A stretch of DNA of 64,000 nucleotides. Source: Camelus dromedarius. Taxonomy: Eukaryota. Positions 26,255-41,869 of the stretch are shown here, in pieces (position 1 is the stretch's first letter; every line of letters starts with the position of its first letter). The notes beneath the pieces were generated by a model. The model ran no database searches and had not been told where the DNA came from. It was given only the letters and a program-made list of their open reading frames with translations. The position numbers were made by a program, and so were the translations under genes. The stretch lies in NCBI RefSeq assembly GCF_036321535.1, contig NC_087437.1, positions 117,182,001-117,246,000 of the forward strand, read 5' to 3'.

Positions 26255-26420
26255 AGGGTTTACTGTATAGCACTGAGAACAGCATTCAATATCTTGTAAT
26301 AACCTATAATGGAAAATAACCTGAAAAAAATAACTGAATCACTTTGCTGTATACCTGAAACTAACACAATATTGTAAATCAACTATACTTCAACTAAAAA
26401 AAAATAAAAAAATAAATAAA
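26255..26420 (+). mobile_element. L1 3'UTR fragment
   Basis: tactgtatagcac ... gtaaatcaactatacttcaa followed by poly-A. Confidence 0.75.
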
Positions 26421-26719
26421 ATGAATTTATGGGCCTCTAAAATTACTCTATTTTAATAATGTTAATTTTTTAATTGAAAAACTTATTTGGGTTTCCACTA
26501 AAGTGTTAACAAAAACCAGTAATATTACTTCATGTGATGACATAAAATGATAAAGTCTTTTTAATGATAGATTAGAGCTTTAATTTTTCTAATTACAGTA
26601 CATACTCACCAGGCTGTTAACTCATTCTAATAATTTCAGATCCTCTATCTGTTCACATGATGGTAGGGAAAAAAGTTAATTTGAGAAAGATATTCCTAAA
26701 GTCAAGTAATTACAATTTA

Positions 26720-26953
<234 letters not shown>

Positions 26954-28858
26954 TCAACTCTTCTAGAACCAATGTAACATTATACAAAACTTCAAACGTA
27001 ATGGAACTAACATGTATGAAAAGCGCAAAATTTTAATACAATGTTAGTAGGTGGCTTGTCTAGAGGGTGTGTATTAGAACTAAAAAGCCCCCCTGCCCCC
27101 GACAAAGTGAAAAACCCCTGGTCCCAGCTTTAGAGAATAAATGTTTCCGGCCTAATGGTTTTTACATTCTGCACTTGATAAAAAAATTTTTTGAGCAGAT
27201 CTTGAAAATCAGTAAATGTAATCAATGACTTACTTTAAAACTAAACCGAAGCAGGTCTGTTGAAACGAAGTGTTTTGCTGACCTGGCACAGCGCACTCTC
27301 TAAAAGGCTTTCAAGCCTCTCTTGCCAGAGCTGACCAGTGTCAGCGCAGACCGTCCGGGACTACGATTCCCCGGAACTGAGACTGGAGGTTGTGATCGGA
27401 ACTCAGAGCCACACCACTTAGATGGAGTAGAAGACAGCAAAAGGACTGATTTAGCACAGTGACCGTCTCCAAACACACAGGACTCACTGCTGCATAGCCA
27501 CCTTCTCTCTGGGGTGAGACCTGTCTTACTGGAGAATTGTTTGATCTGGATTTTGACAGCAGCTTGGCTAAAAGGGCTTTTCTTTACCTTTTTTCCACAA
27601 AGTGTGGTCTCCCCCATTCTAACATTAATACTTTCTCATTAAAGAAAAGTGGGAAATATGGTAAGCTAATAGGGTGAAGTAATTGCTAAAAAATCCCACT
27701 TCCTGAAATATTAGTATTTTAAAAAATGCCTGTGTTTTAGCCCACAAACGTTTTCCCCCCCACCAAATGCCCTACAACCAAATGAAAGTTCCCATACAAC
27801 CAAGTGCTTCTGCCAGGAAAATAGCGAATTAGTTCTTGAATTCTTTTTGGCTTTGGTGACAGCATAAAAACAGGAATTACTTAAACATGTGTGTGTCAAA
27901 ATCTGCGGATGAGAGAGAAACACACTTCCTGTTCCATGACAGAAGATGTTAAGATGAATCCAATTTACCTGAAAGGCCAAACAACGGAACTTTGGTCTAG
28001 TAGTTACATGACTGAAAAACGAGGTTGCTCTTTACTTTCTGTAGCTCACATGTCCATTTTATGTGAGAACAGAGGACGATTTTTACCCAAGAAGAAATAA
28101 CTGAGATAAAAAAGGGGTTAAAGTGAACTTGATATCTTCTTACTACTTCAAGATCGTAGAAAATACTTGTCTCTCACCACTAAGGAATTAAACAGGAAAT
28201 TGATTCCATTTATGTTCATGTCCATCGAGACCAAAAAATACCCAGTGTAAAACAGGCAGAATTCTCAATATAACCGACGCGTTTCTCCCAAATTACCCTT
28301 CATAACATAATCCCCAAGCTTTTGACAGCCGGACACGGCTGAGGAATATCAATCTATTCATTTCTTCAATGATTTAAATTCCTTTTCCATATTTGTTCCC
28401 AGGGATATTATTTGGGAAAAATTCCTGTTTCTAAAACACCAGAAGTGCCTCTGTGGTAGTGGCTGGACAAGCTGGAGGGGGTACCAGGAGAGGTGCTGAG
28501 GAGATGCAGTTTAGGGTTTAGGGAAGAGCCTTTTACTAAGCAGTCTGAAGTAGAGGGTTGCTTTCTGAGAGGTTTCACACAACACAACCCAACCCAGCAA
28601 AACCCCTTCAGCACACGAACAGACACCCCTGACACCAGCAGCTGGACTGCTGGAGAACGGTCACGTCCAGACAGTGAGCCCAGCCACAAAAGGAGCTGTT
28701 TCTGCCTCTCCTCCCTGCCCTCGCTGTCCCCCTCCCCATCGGACACCACCGTCTGTGTGCTGTGCCCAGTAAAGCAGCTGGTCACGCTTCACCCCACGGG
28801 GGCAAGCATGATGAATGTGCCCCCTCTTCATATTAATTTTGGAAACTGAACATTTCTA

Positions 28859-29416
<558 letters not shown>

Positions 29417-31072
29417 TTACTAGTGATATGTCTGTAGATATGTAGGTCCATAAATACACACGTATGTGTAATACCCCCCCCCCCCACTCACATACACACG
29501 GACACACGCCAGCTGGAAGGGGAAGGAACTGACATTTAATGAATACCCGTGCTTTAGGCCAGGTATTTGTATTTAGCTATCTCATTTAATACAGTTCTGT
29601 AAGGTCAGTGGTAGTCCGTTTTATAGCTAGAGATGATAAGTCATTTGTCCAAGGTTACATAACCAACCACAAAGTGACATAAAACAAATGGAAAGTAAGG
29701 TCTTCTCTGACACTAAAACCTGTATTTATTTCTATTATAAATCACAGCCGAGAGTCTAGACTCAGTAGAAGATGTAATACATTGTTGGATGAGCCCTTGT
29801 CATGAATCCCTGGGCCAGAGCGTTCCTGAATTTTGGGGGTTTATTTTTTGTGGTGCACCTATAGTGTTTCCATAGTACTCCCAGCAGGGTTGGCGACAGC
29901 GTACTTTCATCAAAGATGATTTCTGTGGTGAAATATATGACTATATTTCACTCTAAGTGAAATTAATAAAGATCGGTTTCATGTCAGTTCAAATTAGGTT
30001 TTTTACCAGATCAGTTTTGGTGCCAAAGATGTGAAAGACGTTTGGTTTTCAGAGCTTTGTAAATTTCAAATCCAGATAAGGGATTCGAACTGTGGAATCT
30101 AACTGTGCACGATGTATGTCCTGTTGTGATAATCTCTACAAACGGCCAGACAGACTTCTAACAGACTCTTCCGTCCTGGGCTTTGCCAGGGATGTGGGAC
30201 CCCCACCTCTGGAGATAAAGGTCTGTTAACTTTTTGAGAATTTGGAGGGAAACTGTGGGTCCTTCTCCCTAGAAAAGTTCACAAATGCAAACAGAGACAA
30301 AAAATGCAAAGGATTTCCTGGGGTCCCCAGACATGGGTCTTAGATTAGGAGTCCTTGCTCTGTAACTAGGAATAAGGGGAACTGGAGAGTCTAGATGGTC
30401 CAGCAGTAGCTCAGGGGGTCCCAGGCACAGCTGGTCATCGCAGGCTGGGGGTGGGAGACAGGCTCTGGGTAAACCTGACAGTAGATGTGCCCCGCAGAGA
30501 GGAGGCTCTTATTTCCCACCTGGAGACTAGGGGCAATTCTTATGGTCATAGTGGGAAAAGAGTTCCAGCTATCTCTACATAGGGATTATTTACAAGCCTA
30601 GGATTGCCCACGTGTGAGTAATCACAGTCTGGGCAGGAGGTCAGGGAGCGAGCAGATTGAGGATATCACACAGCCCATCCCAGTTTGGACCATTAGGAGC
30701 TGATGGTGTTGGCACTTTTAAAATCTACAAGGAAATGACATTATTAACAGCCTTTTGAACCAACTCTCTTTCTAAAGATCGTCTTTGCCAATATGCCTCA
30801 CCGGACTCGAAGACCATCTTCCTGGGCTGTTGAGACAGATATTTACATTTCATTGGTGATGCAAACCTTGATCCTTCAGCTGAGATGAAAGGCAGAAACC
30901 CAGCGAAATCCAGGTACTGCGGTACTCTGCAACACAGCCTCCTGTTAACTGAAAACGGAACCAACCTCGCTAGTAGGCTGCAGGACGGGAAGTCGTGCCG
31001 GGGGCTAGGCTCTACATTCTGAGCCTAGCTTTCCATTCTTTTGTAATTATCCTTAATTTCTCTATTTCCTCA

Positions 31073-31573
<501 letters not shown>

Positions 31574-34500
31574 TTAGATTTACAGCTATTGACAGTCAAA
31601 TGAACCTATGCTTTATTATATTTAGAAATGCGTAATCAGGAATGCAAGACAACACATTATTCTGAAGTATTTTCTGGAAAAATTTTCAATTTGGTTTTTA
31701 TATTTTTTTCTACATAAAATATGACTCCTGAGACTGAACTTTGGTGCGATTACATTCACAGGAAATATAAAGTTCACACTGGATAACAGCAGTGACTACG
31801 ATTTATAAGTGAGTGAATTACAGTCTCATTCTCCAAAGCTGGCTGTTGGTTGGGATTTTCTGCCTTGATCAGAACTGAAGACAATGACAGTATTTGCTAA
31901 GTTTGGAGGGCTGCTGTGAAATGCAGCATTTAAGGAAATTTGAACATATTTGTGGAGATACACACATTTTTATTTACTAATGATGAAATCACATACTTCG
32001 GAGATTAAATAAATAGAGTAGAATATAATTAATTTACTAGTTTTCTAGAGCTGCTGTTTGTTTTGAAATTAAACTCTTAGTTAATAGTGGGTTGTAAACT
32101 TGATCCATGATTATAAAGTTCTTTATGCTTTAATTCAGGAAATTTGCTTTCCTTTCTAACCTTCATTTAAACTCTTCTGACATGAATATGACCTCCCTGA
32201 TTATGTCCCATGTGACAACAGAAGAAACAGTTCAGAACATGCCAGCCTCCCTGGGAAAATCATCTGGGGCTTGGAACCTTTGGAAGGAAATCCACCCCAT
32301 GGAAAATTTACGTTTATTTAATAAAGACCTGACCAGATTTTCATCCATACAAACCCCAAACTTTTATAAATAATGGATTTGGGAAATTCAAAAGTCAGTC
32401 TGTTTAATTATGAAAAATTTAACTGTTCAATGTGAAAAATCAAAATCTTTTTTGGGAACAAAACAATAGTAGAGTAAGGTAGCCTTCAAAGAAATGTGTT
32501 TAAAAGCCAAAAATGAAAATGAAGTTTGATGCTGTGATCCTAATTTCTAAAAACTAACTGCATTAAGATGTACATGGAGTCGCACTGCTTTTATTTAGGG
32601 TGAATTTGATTATAATTAAGTACATTTACAGTAATTTAAACATAGTAGTTCTTAATTTACAGATCAGGAATATTTTAGTTTAGTGAATTCATCCCCAAAG
32701 CAACTTCCACAGATGCTTCTGGGTTCTATGTAGCTAAAATAACTCTTCAACTTTTTGCTCCTAGCACCTCGCTTAAAATTCAGTGGAAAAATATTATGGT
32801 GTTTCATGTCCACTTTAAATTCTTGGTATAGGGCATAGGCGGTGGTATCAAAGTTGATGGAGCTGAATAATCTGTGCACAGACAAGGCTAGATGGTAATG
32901 TCTCTCATGTGTTTTGCACAAACTCTCCCACACTTGCAGGGGGTCTGCAATACTACACTGTGTTGTCCCCACAGTCTAAGGACTCTGGGAGAGGTGACAG
33001 CCCACAGTTAAATACACACTCTCTAACAATCCAAAAGTTTCATACAAAAGTTATCTCTGAAGAACACAGTGCAGCTCCACGATAGCTCAAGACGGCTACA
33101 AGAGAGCTTGTCACCGGTCCTGATCCTTGAAAATCTACAAATAGTGGATTCCAGTGCACACCGACTCCTGACACTGCTGATACGCCCTCTTAGTTGTCCA
33201 AAGTGAGAATTTAAAATGCAGAGAATAGGAAATCAAGCACAGAAGGACTTCAAATATATACTCCCCGTAAATAAGTAATATACCCTGGTTTAGTTACACA
33301 CCAGATGGCTCCGCGTTTCTCTGTAATGCTGCCACCAGAATCCCTTTTATATGAGTCGACCTCAACCACAATTGAAACAAAGTAATCCATCTCCCAAGGG
33401 TCTTTAAAAGGGTTATCTTTTCACTCAGTACTTTGAATTCTCCTATTTTATCAAGAAAGTAAGAGAGAAATTAGCTGGCATCAGATCCTTCCTAAGAGGG
33501 GTCAAATATCACTCCCTCTGCTGAGAGGTTTTTCCTGTTAATCAGTTTCTGCCTCTTTCTGCATCTGATCGACCCTCAAGGTTTCTCCTCTTCTGATGAA
33601 ATACATCAGGCAGTTCATAATCTCCCTACTACAGGAATCTTAGCCCATGCAATATTAGTGCTACTAGCACTGTACTTAATATTTAACTAGTGCGTTTCTA
33701 CCAACCACGTCCACACCATCTCATACTAAGCGCAGAAAGGGAACAGGCTCGGGCAGGGGAAGCGACTGTCCATGTTTTCCAGCTTCAGGGTCAGGACTTT
33801 TTTCATTAGGCATCATGACTGCGAACAACACATTGGTGGTAACACCACACAATCCTACAGCACAGAATCCATCCTTCCAGACACATTCTGCCGTGTAACT
33901 GGGCGGAAGCACAGGCAAAACCCTCAATTTTGAAGCTTTGCATCTGGGTTAAGAAGAGACCCGGATATTGATGTAAGAGACCCCGAGGGACCAAAAATGT
34001 TCTGCTGTAGCCCTCGCAGCCTCGCCTGTCCTCGTCCCTCGGAGCTGTTCCTCCTCACCCTCTTGCTCATGACCTCAGCCCCTAATTTCCTCCCCACCCA
34101 CCTTGAGGAATCCAGGTTGCCCCAAAGTGGTTGCTAATCTGTAAGAATTTGTCTTTGACCAGCTGTTCCTGACACAAGCTACCCTTCAGATGACCCTTCC
34201 TGCTGAAGCCCCATCAAAACCCCCTCCTTCTTCCCCAGCCTAGAACATGCCTTCTCGTGCCCGCCTTGGAGGATAAAGGCTTACTTCGAGTGCTCTCCGT
34301 GTGACAGTCCCAAGTTGTCCAACAGCTGCAAGAGTGGGAGTGTGACAGAGCGGAAGGTGACAGACATTTGAAGGCAGACTGACGTGGGTTTGAACCTTGG
34401 CCTGTCATTTACTTAGTTAAATGACCTTGGCCATCTGTAAAATGTGACGAACAACAGCGATTTTTTAGGGCTGTTAAAAGGGGGAAGTAAGACAGTGTTG

Positions 34501-35755
34501 GAATCACAGTGCCTGTCACATAGTAAGCAATCAACAAATACTGGTTTCTCCTCTTGCAAGAGGAATTCTGGGGCAAATGCCAGGACCATCAAGGGCACTG
34601 CTGGCGTCTTCGTGTGGGAGGTGCAGACAGGAGTCAGTCTATTTGCCCCTCTACTGTTTTCCCGGGGACAGCACCTTGACCAATCCCATCTGATTGAAGA
34701 CTCCCTGCAGACAGAGACTGGGCCTTGTTCCTGTTGTGACTTCAGGCCCAGCAGAGTGCTGCCCCACAGGCAGTATCTGTAAATGCCCGAATGACGGCCA
34801 CGCCACCGCCATCACCTACTGTATGCCGAGCATGGAGGTAGGAGCTAACATACACTGCTTAATTAATCATGACAACAGCTCAGTGAAATAGGTATCATTA
34901 ACTCTACTTTATGGATGCAAACGAAGGCTCAGAATGATGAAGTAACTCGTCTGAGGTCACAAAGCCAGTGACTGGGAAGAACCAGGCTCTGGATCCAGGT
35001 CTGTCTGCCTTTAACCTTCCTTTCATTACACATACTGCTTGACCCCAAACAGACCTAATTTGATCCAATTTGTTTATCATTGCAATCTCGCAATGTTAAA
35101 TTGTGTCAAGACTTATGGGAAGCCTATGGGAATTACTTGCTACGTGGCTTTTCATTGTTTCAAAATCCTAGAATATGTGAAAATAACCACTTATTCCTTC
35201 ATTTGTCAGACTTGGTAGGAACAGTGAGATGACGAAGGTAAGGAGGTCAGGGTGGGGAGGTGTCGTCTCCACTCCTAGATGAGAATGTTGAGGTAGGAGG
35301 ATGTGGTCCTACCCCCCTATAATTAAAAAACCCTCCATCCGAATCACATGGTCATCAAAATGAGCTTTGACTGCCCCATGGCTGATACAGTAGAAAACTA
35401 GCCATCCTGGTCTCTCACTTTAACAAACATTGATGTAACACAGAAAAAGGGAGAAAAACTCTAATGGAAATCCATCGGAGCCACATAAACCTTAATGTCT
35501 ATAAACATCTCTCCTAAAACAGTTGTACCAGATGAAAATGCACCCAGACGGAAGGCTGTCTAGGGTTAGCTGTAAGAGAGGGGCATTTAAAGGCTTCGTT
35601 GCCCCCTCCCTGTGGATTGGCAAGAGTCATGGCCTCTGTTGAGGGCTGCACTGTCCCCTGTGGGTCTCTATTTTGCAGAGTCTCTATAGCAAGGAGACAG
35701 TAACTGTAGTTCTTTTAAAATGTTTGAAATATCACAATTAAAAATGTCTCAGTGA

Positions 35756-36462
35756 CTAGGAATAGACTTACCATATGACCCAGTAATCCTGCTCCTGGGC
35801 ATATATCCAGAAGGAACCCTACTTCAAAATGACACCTGCACCCCAGTGTTCAAAGCAGCACTATTTACAATAGCCAAGACATGGAAACAGCCTAAATGTC
35901 CATTGACAGGTGACTGGATAAAGAAGATGTGGTATTTATGCAATGAAATACTATTCAGCCATAAAAATGACAGCATAACGCTATTTGCAGCAACATGGAT
36001 GTCCCTGGAGGATGTCATTCTAAGTGACATAAGCCAGAAAGAGAAAGAAAAACACAATATGAAATCGCTCATATGTGGAATCTAAAAAAAAAAAAAAAGA
36101 AGAAAGAAAAGAAGGAGACAAATGAACATAAATACAAAACAGAAACAGACTCACAGACGTAGAATACAAACTTGTGGTTGCCAGAGGGGAGAGGGGTGGA
36201 AAGGGACAGACTGAGTTTGAAATTTGTAGATACTGACAGGTATATATAGAGTAGATAAACAAGATTATACTGTATAGCACAGGGAAATATATGCAAGATT
36301 TTGTAGTAGCTCACGGTAAAAAAGAATGTGACAATGAATGTTGTTTGTTCATGTATAACTGAAAAATTGTGCTCTACAATTTTTGTAAACTGACTATAAC
36401 TCAATAAAATAAAATAAAATAAAATAAAATAAAATAAAATAAAATAAAATAAAATAAAAAAT
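35756..36462 (+). mobile_element. Young 5'-truncated L1 insertion (ORF2 C-terminus, 3'UTR and (TAAAA)n tail)
   Basis: FKAALFTIAKTWKQPKCPLTGDWIKKMWY is the L1 ORF2 C-terminus; exact 14-bp TSD AAATGTCTCAGTGA at 35742-35755 and 36463-36476. Confidence 0.92.
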
Positions 36463-37965
36463 AAATGTCTCAGTGAGAAGAAGCCTTGGTAGCAAAATTG
36501 CTTGTAATCTTTCCTGCTCGACAATTGGCTATTACTAGTCAGAATGAGATGTACCTTGAAAGCATCAAGCAGCTCTCTGGAATATTCAGTCTGTTAAACG
36601 GTGGTTTTTTCATTGGTCTGTTAAAAATTGATTGATGACTAATATCAGGTCTATACCTACACTTTTACGTTGATTAAGTTGTTTTAGAGTGTCTTTGTAG
36701 TAATAAAAATAGGCTACACCACATTGTTATCAGTAAAAAATGTAGGCAGTCTCCACACATATAGATTTCTGATTTTGTGGTGTATTATTGAAAAATCTAG
36801 GTTTTAAGCCAACCACCTAATTAATTGGCTAATTAATTTAAAGTGTTCAGTTAAGGAACATTTATTCAGTGTCTTCCAGGTACTGGGGTTAGGAAGAAGG
36901 CAAACTCTGTCTTCAAGGATTTGAAAATAAAGTTAGTAATTAGTGCTCACTATGTACTTAGCATGCTAGTTTTTGATATATCAAATTTATGACAGTGTGG
37001 AGTTCAGATTTTTTTGGCAGCATCTATATTTTGAACAGTGTTTACAGCATAACTGTACCCATTTTATTGCACTTGAGGCATGATTTCATTATGTTCCTAT
37101 CATTTTAGGGCTCATAGCAGTTTCCTTGCTGTCCGTCGGACTGAGGAGTACGACCCACAGGTGAAAACACTAATGGAAGGACATGATCCTGTCGATGATG
37201 CGTCCTTTCTGGCATGCACGCACCATGGGGAAAAGGGATGGCCACTTATATGTACAATAAATGTGTATATCACATTCAGTTAATTATTTTTATTATAGTT
37301 TTTGTTTATCATTAACTATATTATAATTTTTATTATAATTATTCACTTAATTATAGAATGGGAAATAAGAATGTTCAAGATCAAGATATATATCTGAATA
37401 ATTCTGAGTATTACAACATTGTGTAATTGCCTTCAATTTTGCTCTTATAACAGGGCAGACCAAAAATAAACATGTGCAAACACATTTTAAAAGGAACTAA
37501 CGCATACCTGCCGTTTGTTACCAAATGTCCCTAAGATGTATGAGGATCAACTTTATGTTCTGAGCGGAGGGTTCTTCACACTGTAGTATTTATGAGGTTT
37601 CCAGGGTAGTGTTTATGGACATGCTTTGGTCTCTTTTTAAGAAAATAATGTATTTCAAAAAACCTAGAATGATATTACAAAAGGAAAATGTTAAAAGCTC
37701 ACAAATAAACATTTATGTAAGAAGAAGAAGAACAAAAATGTGAACCAGTATCAATCTGTGTACATTTATTTGCATATGGATTGCTTCATACTTCATACCC
37801 TGTAAGGCTTTTTCTCTATCAAAGTGAATCAGCTGCTGGCAACTGACTGAAAAATTTTTGGTTGTAATTATCAAACAGTCCTGCTGAAACAAGATGTGAA
37901 GGTGCCCCAACAGAGCAGGGCCTCTCAAAATTTGGGGCATAAAACAAAAGATTCACATGGCTCAC

Positions 37966-38058
37966 CTGTGCCTTCTTTCCAGTACAAAGTTGAACATGAG
38001 TAAGGAAAGGTTTTGGATTTTGTGTTATAGAAAATCCTAATTCTTAAAGGTAAATATT
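37966..38058 (-). other. Candidate non-coding 5'UTR exon of LCA5L
   Basis: ctttgctacag| acceptor and strong CAG|gtgagc donor on the minus strand; no transcript evidence. Confidence 0.35.
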
Positions 38059-38619
38059 CTGTAGCAAAGTTATAATACTTCACAGGGACCATTTAGTTTT
38101 GGTTACGACCGTTTCCCAGCCCCAACTATTGTGTGGGTGGGAAACTGTATTATTCTTCACCAGTCCTGCTTCATGGGAAACAGCAGTGCGACTTACAAGA
38201 TTTCCCTCTTTTCTCACCCATTCTCAACACTTCCTAGTCTCTTTCCCACTTTCTTTTTCCTCTTAGCACATAGCATCAATCTAATGTATGTATTTTACTT
38301 ATTTAGTTGCCTGAACGTTGCCTGAACGCCCCACTGAACTGTACGCGTCATGGTGGCGGTACTGTTGACTGTTCTGTCTACTGCCGCATCCCCTGTGCCC
38401 AGAAGAGTCCCTGGGAAATAGTAAGGGTTCAACAAACATCGATGAAATAAATTAGTGTTCAAGGTGCCTCTGTTTCCTTAATTCCTGTCTCCATATCCAC
38501 TACTCCTGGCAAACTTCTCGCTACTGCTGTCCCAACTCAAAATGCCCTAAACGAATGCTTTCCCAATATGATAAAGAAATACCTATCTCAAACTAAAAGA
38601 TAACCGCATGCTTAAAAGT

Positions 38620-39440
38620 GAAACATTAATTTACATTGTTGTAAGGGTTAAGATAGAAATGCCAACTACCACTTCTGTTAATTAATTAATATTTTTCTGG
38701 AGGTACTAGCCAATGAAATTAGACATGAGAAAGAAATTACAGGTGTAAATACTGGAAAAGAAAAGGCAAATTATTTATTATGTGCACATAACATGATTTA
38801 AAACTTAGAAAGCCCCACACAACACTATAAAGAGAATTCAATAAAACTATAGGCTACTAGATATAAAAATCAATCTTCCTATATATTAATTAAAATGACT
38901 TAGAAAATAGATGAAGAGCTCCCACTTATCAGCTAAAAAACTAAAAATACCTGAGACAGGTTAATTCAAATAATACAAAGAAAACTCTAAAACAACTGAA
39001 AGAAATAAAAGAAGATTTATGTGAGTGGAAAGACATATTGTGTTCTTATATAAATAAGAAGGACCAAGGGGATAAAGATGTAAATTCTCCCTAATTTAAT
39101 CTACATAATCAAAATACTCCTAGTAAAGATGTCAAGAGTAATTTTTTAGGAATTTGACAGAATGATCCTAAATTTATATAATTATGAATATGAAAAATAA
39201 ATATGAGAGAACACAAAGGAATTTGAAAAAATGATGAGAAGGGACTACCTCTATCAGATACTGAGCTATAAAGCTACAGTCATTAACAGAGCTGGATACC
39301 AGTGCTTGAATAGATAAAGCAATGTAATGAGATAAAGAGTTCAGAAACAGAAACAAATCCATGTGCAAACCTAGCATAAGATAAAGGTGGAGAGAAGCAG
39401 ACATTCAGGAAATGAGATTGAGTGGCAATGGGCTATACAT
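38620..39440 (+). mobile_element. Old L1M ORF2 fragment
   Basis: A-rich, with L1 phrases such as ctggaggtactagccaatgaaattagacatgagaaagaaat. Confidence 0.65.
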
Positions 39441-39524
39441 CCGTCTGGAAATCAAAACAAAAATGAATCCTTATTTCATTTTTTATACTTGAATAAATGT
39501 TAGATGAATTAAAAATGTAAATGT

Positions 39525-39705
39525 TACTATATGTAAAATAGATAAACAACAAAGACCTACTGTATAGCACAGGGAACTATATTCAATATCTTGTAATAAC
39601 CTGTACTAGAAAAGAATCTGAAAAAGAATATACATAAATATGTATAACTGAATCACTTTGCTGTACAACCTGAAACACTGTAAATCAATTATACTTTAAT
39701 AAAAA
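39525..39705 (+). mobile_element. L1 3'UTR fragment
   Basis: gataaacaacaaagacctactgtatagcacagggaactatattcaatatcttgtaataac. Confidence 0.8.
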
Positions 39706-39809
39706 TTGTAAATGTTAAAAACAAATCTTAAAAAGCATGGCATGTGTCAAGAAATAAAGCTCACAAACCACAAAAGAAACTAGTAAAACTAGCTACCTAA
39801 AATTAAAAA

Positions 39810-41235
39810 AAATTGAGTTATAATTGATTTACAATATTATGTAAGTTTCAGGTGTACAATATCATGGTTCTCACGTTTTTTAAAGGTTATACTCCATCTA
39901 TAGTTATAAAATTTTGTCTATTTCCCTGTGCCGTACAATATATCCTTGTAGCTTATTTATTTTATACACTATTTGCACCTCTTGATCCCCTACCCCAAAC
40001 TTTTTCCTTCCCGCTTCCTTCTCCCCACTGGTAAGCACTAGTTTGTTCTCTATAACTGTGACTCTATTTCTTTTTAATATTCACTAGTTTTTATTTTTAG
40101 ATTCCACATATAAGTGATATCATACAATATTTGTCTTTCTCTGACTTACTTCATTTAGCATAATACCCTCCAAGTCCTATATATATCACATCTTCTTTAT
40201 CCAGTCATCTAGTGACAGACACGTTGCTTCCAAATTTGGCTATTGTAAATAATACTGCTATGAACACTGAGGTGCATATATGTTTTTGAATTAATGTTTT
40301 CATTCTCTTCGGAAGTATTTCTAGGAGTGGAATTGCTGGGTCATGTGGTAATTCTATTTTTTATTTTTTTAGAAACCTCGTACTGTTTTCCACAGTGGCT
40401 GCACCAATTTACATTCCCATCAACAGTGCATGAGGGTTTCCTTTTCTCCACGTCCTCACCAATATTTATTATGTTTTTTTTTTGATGATAAGTATTCTTT
40501 TTTGTGGGGGGGGGCAGGTAACTAGGTTTAGTTATTTATTTTATTTTTGGAGGAGGTACTGGAGATTGAACCCAGGACCTTGTTTATGCTAAGCATACGC
40601 TCTACCCCTTGAGCTATACCCTCCCCCATGATGATAAGTATTCTGACAGGTGTGAGGTGATATCTCATTGCAGTTCTGATTTGCATTTCTCTGATGATTA
40701 ATGATGTTGAGCATCTTTTCATATGCCTTTTGGTCTTTTGTATGTCTTCTTTGAAAAAAGTCTACTCAGATGTTCTGTCCATTTTTTAATGGGGTTGTTT
40801 GTTTTTTTGTTGTCGAGTTGTATGAGCTGTTTATGTATTTGGATATTAACCTCTTATTGGTCATACCATTTGCAAATGAGTGTATCATTTGCAAATATTT
40901 TCTCCCATTCAATAGGCTTTTTGTTTTGTTGATGGCGTCCTTTGTTGTGCATAAGCTTTTAAGTTTAATTAGGTCTCACTTGTTTATTCTTGTTTTTGTT
41001 TCCTTTGCCTTAGGAGATAGGTCCAAAGAAATATCGCAACAATTTATGTCAAAGAGTGTTCTACCTGTTTTCTTCTAGGAGTTTTATGGTTTCCAGTCTT
41101 AACATTTAGGTCTTTAATCTATTTTGGGTTTATTTTTGTTTATGGTGTTGGAAAATGTTCTAATTTCAGTCTTTTACATGTAGCTGTCCAGTTTTCCCAT
41201 CACCACTTACTGAAGAGACTGTCTTTTCTCCATGT
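39810..41235 (-). mobile_element. L1 3' portion (ORF2 end and 3'UTR) interrupted by a SINE
   Basis: Minus-strand peptide [27 protein letters not shown] is characteristic of L1 ORF2. Confidence 0.88.
40499..40628 (-). mobile_element. tRNA-derived SINE (Vic-1-like) nested in L1
   Basis: Exact 16-bp TSD TGATGATAAGTATTCT at 40483-40498 and 40629-40644. Confidence 0.92.
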
Positions 41236-41380
41236 ATGTATGAACAGTACCAGCTCTGCCAGTACAACCAGCCATCTGGCCTCAACGGTTTAATGCATGA
41301 AATTTGATGACTGTTCTCAATGACTTCTCAGGTTCAGTCCAGCATGAAAATCCGTAAATTAAATAGACCTATATATATAC

Positions 41381-41383
<3 letters not shown>

Positions 41384-41431
<48 letters not shown>

Positions 41432-41440
41432 TGTGTGTGT
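41384..41440. repeat. (TG)n microsatellite
   Basis: Direct reading. Confidence 0.9.
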
Positions 41441-41869
41441 ATCAATCAGAAATTTCAAGCTTTATTGGATAACATGGAATTGTGCCATGGTCAGTTTGGG
41501 TGGTTATAGACAAGTTATGTAGGTTTCGGTTATTTAACAATTTTATATATTTTATGTATTTTTGACAAAAAGCTCAAATTCATTACCAGACTCAGCAACC
41601 AAAGAAACGCCTTCAGGGCTAGAAGCTGCGCCTCTCTACTCCCACCAAGTGGGGACAAATGCCACTACTGCACGGGCTAAAGGAAAAGTCAGCGCTCTCG
41701 GGCTAAATTTACAGAAGCACAAACTTTCAGCTCCCCCTCCTGGCCACTTCTTTTTAGTGTTGACCTGATTCTTTTTTACTAGAATTTTCATTCTATTTTA
41801 ATAAAATTGCAAGACAATATCCCACATTTGACCTTACACATTTGCAATTTGCCCATTTCACCCATTCTT

